From assembly GCF_036321535.1 (NCBI RefSeq), contig NC_087436.1, positions 85,686,001-85,750,000 on the forward strand: 64,000 bases of DNA, written 5' to 3'. Shown here piece after piece: positions 52,896 through 64,000 of this stretch. Each line of letters begins with the position of its first letter. Positions within the stretch are counted from its first letter, which is position 1. Both the position numbers and the translations under genes were made by a program. Under the pieces are notes generated by a model. It had not been told where the DNA came from, searched no databases, and saw only the letters and a list, made by a program, of their open reading frames with translations. The DNA comes from Camelus dromedarius (Eukaryota).

Positions 52896-55336
52896 TGTAC
52901 AACGGTGGGATTTTTATCTATTCTGTTTTTCTCATGTTATTATATTTTTGGAAAAGTTTTTACACTAAAATAAGCACACATAAAATGCCAAAGTTGAATG
53001 TTTTGAAATAAAAAGAAGAGAAACCTGCTTTGTTAACTGACTGTGAGATCTTGGCCAAGTCAAAGATGCCACTTGTCTCAGCTTCTGTTTCCAAAAGGGA
53101 ATGAGAGAACAAAGGTCGTTAAAGGCCTTTGGAGTTTGGAGCACTATGTCGACTTAAAGACATTCCCTTCTAAGAAAGTCTCCTAATAATTGGAAGAAAT
53201 CTGACATTTTGCTGCCTAAGAGCAATTGTTAGGAAGAAGAGAAGGGCAAAGAGACATTTTTCTCTGGCTTCTTCCAGTCCACCACGTCACAGACTTCTCC
53301 TCTGCAAAGGCAGTGACAATGGACAGGCCACATAACTGTGTTCTAGATTCACAGTCTCTTCCTTGTAGTCCCTGCACGAGCCCAGGAGGCCCTGTTTAAG
53401 GAGTTAAAGAGGACAATGAACACTTCGGTGCCCAGAGGAATAGTTTGGTCATAATTGATACAATATCAACACCTAAACCCAAAGGCCATAATTTAAGATC
53501 CTGTCAAAGATCATAATTAAAAGCAAGTAAAAACATGAGGGTTTTCTTAGAAGTATTAGAAAAGCTAACCAAGATTCACAGTATTGAATAAACTCCAAGA
53601 CTCTCTTTAATGTTTTAAAACAAACAATTGCAAAAATTCTACAATAGTCATTTTACCCTAAACTTCACTGTGAGTTAAACTTATTCTAAATGATCCAAAT
53701 CAAATGCTACGGATTTTTAAAATAATTTCATAGTGCTATCACAGTGCTACGTATTCCAAATTAAGCCAAAGGATACCAATAAAAGATTTATGGATGAACC
53801 CTGGCATGCAGCCATGAGCCCCATCTGCAAGTCACACGTTACATATTGTTTGCCCGTGATTTGGTTTTCCTTAACCCTTGGAGGTGCACGCTGGGATTTC
53901 CCCAGAGCTCCCAACACTAAAGCCTTATCTACCAGCGCCAGTGGATTAATTGGGAATGGCACGCAGGGCTCCTGGGAAAATGATTCAGAACAAAACTGCC
54001 TGGGGCAATTTAATTCCTTGGCTCAAAAAGGCTGATTTTCAAGTTACACGGAGACTCAGATACACACACACAGTTTAAATTGTTCTCTCATCTGAAATCA
54101 AGGATCATAGAAAGGCAATTAACATGGGATTGTGTTCTATCAGGATAGTCAAAATTCCATATATAAGCTATGGTTTTTATTAAGTTATATGATGCAAAAC
54201 TAGAACTTGTTTCTCTGAGCCACTGGTTCCATTCTCCTAGCCAATGGCAGGCTTCACTGAGCAAGGTTATCATCCATCACAGGTCTGCACCAATTCCATC
54301 GTAATGCTTTGCTTTATGCTAATCACCATGGTTACTTGTTTAGCCAAGGATTCTCTAAATAGGCATGAAAATGCCAATGTTGAATACGGAGCATGAAGAG
54401 GAAGAAGATGAAGAGGAGAAGAAAAAGATAGTATATTTCCAACGTAACACATATGTGTACAAAAGAAAAACTACCATGAGAACAAATTAATGAGATGGCC
54501 AAGATTATTCAAACAAAAATTTATTGAAAACTCCGTCAATAAGAATCTTAAAGCAAAATATTAGGGAAACTGGACATTTTAAAGGCTTGTTACTAATATG
54601 AGTATTCAGGGGAGAGGAGAAACTTCAAATGTAACTGGCTAAAATTTATTTAAGATATGCCTAACATGGTATCTGACATATAGCAGACATTCAATATGCA
54701 TTTGTCAAAAGAATGATAACCAAAACATGTCCAAATGTTTCAGGTTAAAGATTACCATTTTATTAATAGCGACTAAAACAAATAGAAAACCATTAGCAAC
54801 CTGATCTCAGGTAACCAGGCGCAAAGGAGGAAATCAGATCCATACAAAAAGAAATCCATCTCTGAAGTGGATAGGCCACTTTGTGGGGGAGGGAAGAGCA
54901 TCCTGGTTAATATCTGAGACCATTTGTTTTTATAGATGGAAGGAAAAAAATCGGCAACTGTTCCCAATATTTTAAATAATCTAGCCTGAATAGCTTTAAA
55001 AATCAAGATATTTATACAGTTAACCATTAGTTTAAAAAAAAATCATTCAGAGAAACAGCATAAAGTAATAATGAGTCTGAAGTTTCTCATTTTCTCAAAA
55101 GAAATTTACAAAATGACATTTCTTTGTTACTAATAATGGATGTACACATCTACATATGGTGCTAGGAAAGGGGGAAATAATGCATCTCAACACACTCCCA
55201 GACGGTTCCACCTCTGACAGACACACCAGCTGAGCCATCCCCAGACAATTAATAGTCTCTTTTAAAGAGAAACCTTCAAAGCTCCCACCTACAGAGAATG
55301 GTATGTTGAGAAAAATGGAAGAAGCCATTCACTCAC

Positions 55337-55473
55337 CTGGCTGTTTTCCCTTATCCACATGGAGTCCACAGAACTAGACACATCTTTTATCAAGCACGTC
55401 ACTGTGAATTCCTCCCCTTCCCTGAGAAGAAAGCTTGCTTTGGACACAGACACAAGTGGTACAGCTCTGATGG
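55337..55473 (-). CDS. KIT: KIT exon 4 (137 nt)
   Basis: tttag|CCATCAGA...AGCCAG|gtgagt; encodes [45 protein letters not shown]. Confidence 0.98.
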
Positions 55474-55532
55474 CTAAAAGAAAACACACAAAACACAGCC
55501 CTCAAATAACTGGTTGTACGATAGCATGACAT

Positions 55533-55680
55533 CTAAAAAATTTTTTTTTACTTTATTACATTGGCGGCTTGGGATAATTAATTAGGTTTGTTTATTTATT
55601 TAGTGGAGGTACTAGGGATTGAACCCAGCACCTCGAACATGCTAAGCACGCACTCTACCCCTGAGCTCTCCCCTCTCCCC
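55533..55680 (-). mobile_element. tRNA-derived camelid SINE (long form), sense to KIT, about 60 nt upstream of exon 4
   Basis: The reverse complement reads ggggagagggagagctcaggggtagagtgcgtgcttagcatg...; TSD tagcatgacat at 55522-55532 and 55681-55691. Confidence 0.9.
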
Positions 55681-56720
55681 TAGCATGACATTTTAACTTA
55701 CCATTTTTCCTCAGCTGTCCACAGCTCACTTAGTGGTCTTTTAAATAAGACATAAGGTAGGGTACTAACCGATCTGTATTACATGAATATCTGAAGGAAT
55801 CAGCAATTAAATTATGCATCCCTCAAGTAAACTCACTCCCATCGAGTGACAAAGATAGCAATGTTGCTCTGAGATTACAACGCCCCTGAACAATGCTGTT
55901 TTGAAACAGACAGAAGCCCTGGCATAGTGAGGCAGCCTTCATCTTCACCTCACATGACCTTGATGGTTTCCTGAGGAAGTGACCTACAACTAATTATATT
56001 CTTTTAGCCAAACAGGCATTTTCCCCAGGCACTGTAAAAAAATAGTATCTTACTCGTTTCTTAAAATCACAGGTTTTAAATCATCAAACTTTCCTTAATT
56101 CCAGTGAGCATCCTTTTTCAAAATCCTTAATCACTCAATCACTAAATGCCGACTGGTATTGAATTAGATGATCTCTGAAATACAAAAAAATCTAGGTATC
56201 TTCCAGCTACCAAAATATTCTACATAATGCTGCATTAGTAACAACGTCCATCGTCAGCTGGTACTTTCCTCCTTAGATTATGAATAGTTTGACAAGGCAT
56301 TAAAATTAAATAGCTGAAGAGGCAGTCAATTCATAGATCAATAGTAAATCAAGGAGTGAAAATCTGTACGCTCATCTTTTTAAACAGTGTAACTAAGGCT
56401 TTCCAAAGAGTTTCTCCTGGAAGCAATTATAAAACTTCGGGATGTCCTGATGTCAGTAGGTTTGACGACTGACTGCAGGACAGTCTAAATACTCATCCAT
56501 GGTAGACACACGCAGCCGAAGGTGGTCATGGACCAGTCACGTGGGACTGAGACTGTGAAATAAAGAATTCATAAGCAGCTGGCGTTATTTTGAAGCTAGG
56601 GGAACTACTCAGAGCAGCTGCGTGATCAACATACTAAGATGGACCACTGACAAGAAAGAAGACTTCTTTTAGATCAAAGGATGCTCCGACTCCCGGAGGA
56701 AAGGAGGCACGGGCCCATAC

Positions 56721-57002
56721 CTGCCCGGACTTTGAGGGTGAATTTCTGCGACAGCACGGACTTGCCCCCTTGGTTCGCGGAGCAGTGCAGACAAAGCCGG
56801 TGATACTCGCGCTTCACGTTTCTGATGGTGATGCCAGCCTTGGGGTCAGCGACAAACGTCAGGTCCTTGGGAAGAGGTTTCCCCTCGCACCCGGTCAGGG
56901 AGTAATGGGTCACCTCCGGGTCCGTCAGAGGACAGCGGACCAGCGTGTCACTGTCCTCTTTCCCGTACAAGGGCAGGAAGACGAGGAAAAGCTTCTCGGG
57001 AT
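56721..57002 (-). CDS. KIT: KIT exon 3 (282 nt), Ig domain D2
   Basis: tgtag|ATCCCGAG...CGGGCAG|gtatgg; encodes [31 protein letters not shown]...TLKVRA. Confidence 0.98.
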
Positions 57003-57385
57003 CTACAGCATAACCAACAACGAGTGGTTGAAATGGCTGGTCACAGACACCGAAAACACACAGATCTAAAGCAGTGCCCCTCCTAACAACAATCCCTAGT
57101 GACCCCAGTGGCTGCCGGCTTTATTCCTTGCGAGCAAAAGTAGAATTTACCCTACTCATATTCACAAGTAAGAGCTAACATTAAGGAAACGTTTGCCAGG
57201 TGTCAGGCACTAAACTTGGACCGTGACACACTTGACCTCATTTAATTCTCAAAACACCCCTGTGTGGTGGACACTATCATCATCATCATTTTATAGGTGA
57301 AGAAACTAAGGTCTCAAAAACAGCAACTCTCCTCACGTGAGATGGCCCAGAAATGTCTGGCTGGAACTCAAAACCGGGTCTGATT

Positions 57386-57484
57386 AATGTTTTTACTTTT
57401 ATTTTTTAGTGGAAGTACTGGGGATTGACCCCAGGACCTTGCACATGCTAAGCACGCACTCTACCACTGCGCTATATCCTCCCC
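57386..57484 (-). mobile_element. tRNA-derived camelid SINE nested in a MIR (about 57180-57530), intron 2
   Basis: Perfect 17-bp TSD caaaaccgggtctgatt at 57369-57385 and 57485-57501. Confidence 0.93.
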
Positions 57485-57836
57485 CAAAACCGGGTCTGAT
57501 TGATACCACAATTTGAGCTCTTAAAACTCCGAGAATATTTTATCATCATAGTTCCTTTTTTTCTAAGACAGGTAACACTCCAAGGAACGTGGGCAAGGAA
57601 GAACAGGCCAGCCTGGTGACACCTCACAGCTGGGGAGAGGTGTTCTCCTCTGACCCCTCCGCGTGGGCTGCTTTCCAGAGTTCCCAGTCCCCAGGATCAT
57701 TCAGCTTCTGAGAAGATTCTAGAAAACTATCAAGAGGCCAACCAGTACACATAACGTGTGGGCCTCACTCTATTCATAGTCCTTGAAAGATGTTTAAATA
57801 GAACTTCTGGAAATCAAATAAATTCCTATGCACAAG

Positions 57837-58326
57837 TGTAAGTGAGCAGAACCCTATGGGGCCTTCCCGGGGCAGGTCCCTCCCCCATATCCTCTGCTGT
57901 GGCTCCTCTCTGAAGTACTCATATAATAGTATTTCCCACATATTTCCTGAGTTTTTCAGATGTTAAAAACCACCATCAAAGGGAAGAAACGAACTACTTG
58001 ATGATCATGAGCACGTGGCCCCCAGACTTCTAGCAACCAGGGGTTGATGGTGTTGACCGCCCTGTTACCTCAACATCAACACATCAGAGAATCGTGCACG
58101 AGCTGATCACATACCTGCGACCCTCCTCCCTCACCTGGCCTTTACATATGCTTTGCTGAAACCCTTCAGGGAGTCTGGGGTTTTCTTGGGCAGAGTTTTC
58201 TTGGGCATGGGCCACCCCATCCTCCTTGCTTGGCCCTACAATAAACCTTTCTCTGCTCCAAACTCTGATGCCTCCGTTTGTTTGGCCTCATGGTGCATCA
58301 GGCACATAAACTTGCATTCAGTAACA
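57837..58326 (+). mobile_element. ERV1-class solo LTR (490 bp) in intron 2, antisense to KIT
   Basis: TGTAA...TAACA termini, 4-bp TSD CAAG at 57833-57836 and 58327-58330, AATAAA at 58240-58245. Confidence 0.85.
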
Positions 58327-60125
58327 CAAGGGGACCTTATGAGTTTCAAGCCAACTGGGACCTCACATAAGCAAATACAAACCTCATTCCATAGGTAAAA
58401 TATGCTGCCACCTCTACTGTGTAAAGATAATACAGATACATCATTGGGCCAACAGATTACACATAAAATGTTTTTTAATTGTCCATTTCAACACCCATGG
58501 AAATTGGGTGTTCCAGAGAAATCAATGTCATAATCAAAATATACTTCTCGTTTAATTCTGACCAATTTTGAAAGAGTTCTCCAAAATGAATTATGCACCT
58601 CCCAGCCTCACTAATTTATTCTGCAAATAAATTATCTCATAATGGTTGAGCTACGGTTCGAGGCTACAATTGGTTAGTTTTCCATCTACTCTTTCTCAGT
58701 CAGTTGAGTCTGGGTCCGACAACAAAGCCCTGATTTCCTTCATTGCTGTAAGATAAATTACTGAATGCTCCAAACATCGTAATCCAGTAATAATTAAGTA
58801 GAGTTCTGAGTTACTGACGGTGACTTTCCCTATAAAGAAAATCTGTGAGCTCTGGTGATCCTGACTTGGCTAATGCGATCGTTTCCCCATTTTTCCAGAT
58901 GTCTGCCCATCCTATTAATAATAAGCAGGATACTTCATTACCACCTGGAAATTACAGAGTACCTTTCTTGAATGTCAAAGAACAAACATAGTTGGCTTGA
59001 CAATCAGGGACCCAGACCCAGAGGCTAGTTGTGGCTCATTAACCTGTATTTCTTTTCAGCGACCCACCCAGGGAAGAGTAATCAATAAACTAAAGAGAGG
59101 CCGAGTCCATTTCAACCTTCTTTATAGCAAATATGACAATCAATTTTATTCACCCTTGATTAACCTTGATGGAGCCAGAATTTGCACAATTCTGTCTCCC
59201 TAACAACAATTACATAAGGAAGACAGAGCAGGTGATCGTGTCCAAATGCTGCAGTGAGGAACTGTGACTCTTGAGGGCGCTCTGACCAACAATCTAGGAT
59301 AAATGCATTTGGTCTTCTTCTGCAATGCCATGGATGAGGCTGCAATGATGACCCCAGTCCAGGTACAAGTCCAGGGCTGGAACTGAAACGCTTTCTCCTC
59401 CTATAACCTGGGGATGTCTCTTCAGCCCTGAGTACTTCACTTTTTACATCAACAAAAAGATACTCCTCCCCAACCCCTCCCCTGACTCGCCAGGAAACCT
59501 CCTCCTGGCAAGGATATTAACAGCACAAACACCGATGAATCACTGAATTCTTCACAGGAAATGAGGTACAGAAATCCAACGATCAAATTTTCCTTTTGTT
59601 TCTAAGAGGTCACAATGTTTTAAATGAATGAACTGCCTTCTATTAAGAACCCAGGAAGGACATGGGGTACTTAGCTGACTGAGTTATTTTTTCTGGAATT
59701 TACTCCCTAAAAGTGGGTCAATTCTTTTGAAGTGTTGGTCTGTTTAGGCCTTCAGAGGCCTTGAGTTCCCTGAAGTGTTTTTACTAAGTGGGAGTATCTG
59801 GAATCTGAAGGCATTAAAATGCCGCTTTCCCAGAGGGCCTAATTTATTCTCAGGGTTTACTCACAGCACCAGGACAAATGGGCTAACCATACTGTAATCT
59901 CATTAGGAAGAGTCGCACAGCCTTGCAGACCTTCGGCTGGAGTCGTACCCAAAGTCGCTATGTATCAAAAGATCGGGGAAACTAACAAAGATTTTGCTTG
60001 ACGCCCTCTAGGCCCCGCCAGTAACATTTTATCTATGATTCAGCCATATGTTCATATGTCACCCATAATTAGGGACAGGACAGAAAGTTCTCCAAGCAGA
60101 TCATCACAGAAAGCCAAGCATTTAC

Positions 60126-60395
60126 CTCTCACAAACACATAGGTGGAAGTGCTTAAGCCGCCTTTGTTGGTGCACGTGTAATTGCCCGTATTTGTGGCCT
60201 CTGCTTTCTCCATGATCCATTCCGCACGTCTGTTCTCACTCAGCTGACCCAGGGTCTCAAAAGTCCATTTGACAAATCCTGGGTCGGTGCATAACAGCCT
60301 AATCTCGTCGCCAGCACTGACGATTAACTCTGATTTTGCTGGATGGATGGATGGTGGAGACAGTTCCCCTGGACTCACAGATGGTTGAGACAAGC
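60126..60395 (-). CDS. KIT: KIT exon 2 (270 nt), Ig domain D1
   Basis: ttggcag|GCTTGTCT...GTGAGAG|gtaaat; encodes [25 protein letters not shown]...YVFVR. Confidence 0.98.
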
Positions 60396-63129
60396 CTGCC
60401 AAGAAAAACGAAAATCGTGTTGAACATGATCTTTTTCTCTGGCGGAATAAAGCCTTTCTTCCAATATTGATTTCCATCTTCTGTGTCCTCGACAATAAAA
60501 ATAGGACAAAGCTGCCCAGCTATTTATGGTGACAAGAGTTCTGTTTAAAGTTTCTTATGTTCATCAAGAAAATTAAGTTATTTTCTGCAACCCTCAATTA
60601 ATCCTGAGGGTCACATTTGGTATGCAGGCCAAGATGTGCTGATGCCACGGCCTTCTCTGGGTTAAACACACATTGGGGTCAAGTTTCCACTCTGAACATG
60701 GGCCATGGCGATGATACTGACATGCCGACACCCAGCTTAGAAATAACAAAAACAAAATCTCACACTCTTATAAAAGATGACTGGCCCGTCACTCTTTTGG
60801 CAAAATATATATGACCGTGACATAGCTTGGCTTTTTCTTAAAGCTCTGTGAATTCAGTTATGTCTATGCAATCCTCCTTATATGGTGATGTTCAACAAAA
60901 GGAGATCTATGAGTTTCAAACAACAAAATGAAAATCTTATTTTAGTGATCAGGCCACATTCCCTAGCATACACTGGGTTGCAGCCTAATCATCCTAGTGT
61001 CTAGAGTGGTTTCCTACATAAGAAACTAATTTAAAGATGCAAACCTGAGACTCTGAATATGAAACCTGAGCCTTAGAAAAATTCACTGCAGCTCGTTCAT
61101 TCATTCATGCATACACACATGCATCTGTTGCACGAAGGCAAGTATCTGTTCATCCATCACTTGTGATCTGCAAAAGCATTGTGGTAGGTGCTAGGGAAGA
61201 ATCCAAGTAAGTGGGACACACAGTCCTTACACACCAAAGCACTTAGAGTAAGTACACAGTGTTCAACGTCAGAATTTGGAGACATAGATACAAGATTTAG
61301 CTTTAGGCTAAAGAAGACGTAAGAGGTGGGCTGGACCTTCACAATATCAGACAAGGCAAAAGAGAAGACAGACGCGTACATAGGTATAGACCATAAACAC
61401 ACTCGTGCACAATGAGATACCAGAGGTCAGCTAGATTCAAGGCAATCAGTGAAAAGCTCTGGTCCCCACGTAAGCAGAAGCCACAGAATCCACAGTAGGG
61501 ATTTGAGACTACAGAGGAAGACATGATGTACTGTCAGAGAGAGGGCACTTTCATGGTTATAGGTTACAGGGCCACGAAAAACACACAAGGTTGACTCACA
61601 TATGACCTGGGTGAGGGGGGCTGGGGCACCAGGATAACAGAGCTTCCTGAGGGGGCTTTCAATCACTTCTGCAGGATCATAAGGGGAAAGGTTCATGTAC
61701 CTGAGACTTGTGCCCCCTCCACACATACAAAGTGGGAGATACGAAGTGACGTGGGTTCTGAAGGAGGAGTAAAAGCCATCCAAGCCAGGTGGGGGAAGGG
61801 GTGGTGGGAGGCAGAGGCAGCAGGAGAAGCCATACCAGGAGCCTCTCAAGTTCAGGAAGGCGGGGGTGGGGAGACAGAGGCATGGTCAGAACAGGACTGG
61901 GACGGGAGAGGCAAGAGACCTGCTCCCAGGCGCTACCTGTCAGGTTCTCACCTGACAACTTGAAATTCAGGTGGTGGAAGAGGAGACACTTTTAACCTGT
62001 GAAGTTAAAAGATAGTATCAAATAATCAAAGGAAAGCGTTTGTGGAAAAAAGAGGAACACAATGAGTATCGATCTTGGAGAGCTCTTCCAGCTGAGAAGG
62101 TGTAGCAAAGAGTCAAGAGAGATTTTTTAAAAATGAAACCACCGGAAAGGAAGGGGAGAGGCTAAGAGGTAAGGAAGGCAACACAGCAGAAGGTTTCAAA
62201 GACAAGGCGGATGGGTCCCTGGGCAGATGCTGAGCAAGATCAAAGGGCAGGAACACAAGTCCCCAGGTTTGGTTAGAGAGACACCACAGGAAATCCAGTT
62301 TCAGTTGAGTGGGAATTTCTGTTGGCGTCAAGGTTAAAGGCTGCGAGTGTAGACCTCTCCTTGGAGAGCTGCAGCAGGAGACAGCACAGAAATAGATCTG
62401 TAGTCAAACAAGGTTAAAAGTAAAAAAAAAAAAAAAATAGGAGGCCTGTTGACATCTAAAGGTAGGTTAAACAGATCCGTGGAGAGGTACAGACCAAAGG
62501 GGCTCCGAGAAGGGTTCCTGCCCCTGAAGGTGTGTATAAGTGATCAGTCTCAAGTCCAGTTTGTTGTCCAGACAAACATTTCATTTGGGCACCTTTCAGC
62601 CATGGTATCAATTGTAGCTCCGTGATGTCACGCCAAGTCCACCCCCAGATCAGAAGATGCTCAGCAGCCGTGATTTACAGACGATTAACAATGAGGTCAG
62701 TTATAATAGTCAAATGTTACTAAGCACCAACAACATGAGAAGTGCTACGTACGAGACTGTGCCCGCTAGGCCCAGCTTCTAAAAGGAGGAGCCAGAACAT
62801 GGAAACAACATGGCTGGGATCATTCTTAAAGGCATACAAAGTATTAAGTAATGAAATTGGGCACAGTGGTAAATGGAGATGCTATTATTTCAATAACTTA
62901 TCCGCTTTAAAAAAAAAAAGGAGTTGTTCCATGTCAATACGAGCGATGCTAATAGTTAATTCTATCCAAAAATTCTCAAAGAATTTATATTGCAATATAT
63001 TTCAATCAATTCAATCTTCTCAAGAGTGGATCTTAAGGGCAATGTAGCTACTACAATCTGGTTAAATAAATTACAATCTGGTTGAATAAATATTACTAAC
63101 TTCTAGAGACCTGCCACCCCAATGTAGGC

Positions 63130-63550
63130 AAGGCCTAGCTGTGTGACCTAAGGCAGGCCACTTGACCTCTCTGTGCCCAAGTTTCCACATTTGGAAAATG
63201 ATGATAGATCCCCATGACTCATTTCACAGAGTTCTTATGGGAATCAAATGCGATAAATACGTGAAAGAAGCTTAACACAGGACTGGGCAGTTTATAATAA
63301 AAGCTAGCTATTACAGTTAAGCAGTAAAGCATCTTAGATAAGAATGTGGCTCTTGAGATAGGACTGTCTGGATCTGCATCCCAGCTCTGCCACTTAACTA
63401 AGTGTGTAGCCCTTAGGCAAGTTACTAACCAACTCAGCCTCGGTTTCCTCATCTGTAAAGTAGGGACAGTAACAGCACCTATTTCATAAGGCAGTTATGT
63501 CAAGTACTCAGAACTGTGCTCAAGCACACAGTAAACACAGTAAGTACAAG
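63130..63550. mobile_element. Two adjacent MIR fragments in intron 1
   Basis: gctgtgtgacctaaggcaggccacttgacctctctgtgcc; cccagctctgccacttaactaagtgtgtagcccttaggcaagttactaacc...gtttcctcatctgtaaa. Confidence 0.8.
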
Positions 63551-64000
63551 ACACAATTACTCTAAAAACAGAATCTCTTATCTTCCCTCCAATCAGTCCT
63601 GAGTTACTCACTTCCTATGGATGCAAATGGTTCCATCATTTCCCAAACAGATTTCTGCCTGACTTCTCCCTCCTTGGCAGCAAATCATAGCAATCTTTCC
63701 TCAGAGCCTTGGCCACACATCCTCGTGTGACTTTCCACTCCTGCCGCCCCACCCTAGACTAGCCATTTAACAATGTCACAGAGAGAACATCCTCTCTAAA
63801 AGATCTCCGTGCCTCCAGTCTCTGCACACGCCCCTCCCAAGTCATCCTCCCTAATAAGCCTCAGATCCATCATTCAAAAGCACCATCTTTTCAACAATCC
63901 CACTCCCAGCCTCAAAAACCCTACTGACATCATGTACATTACCAAGCACATTCACAGGATTACTTTCCAGCTGTCTCCTCTGGATCCAACCAGCCTCTCC

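Noticed and set aside
60396..60495. ORF extension upstream of exon 2 as an alternative N-terminus
   Set aside because: It is a basic, non-signal-peptide sequence running through the polypyrimidine tract; the real exon 1 lies outside the window.

Overview
Mammalian genomic DNA, most likely camelid (several vic-1-type tRNA-derived SINEs; the species cannot be resolved from this window). It holds exons 2-21 of KIT, a type III receptor tyrosine kinase, on the minus strand. The CDS runs from 60395 down to the stop at 17294, and the 3'UTR ends near 15160. Exon 1 lies beyond the right edge. All 20 exons have GT-AG boundaries, keep frame and match the human KIT exon sizes (2864 coding nt here; 976 aa if exon 1 is the usual 67 nt). 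Positions 1-15 kb are repeat-rich downstream intergenic DNA. I found no new multi-gene system. The most interesting signals are: (1) Pro at the PKC feedback site Ser741; (2) loss of both D2 N-glycosylation sequons, plus a D121F change near the ligand-binding surface; (3) a 12-codon tr-kit-like leader in intron 16 closed by TAA TAG; (4) an open, hydrophobic 65-codon intron-15 leader in frame with the kinase C-lobe; (5) overlapping miRNA sites and a candidate proximal polyA site in the 3'UTR; (6) an ERV1-type solo LTR in intron 2. Comparisons with human, mouse and cattle sequences are from memory and need checking by alignment.
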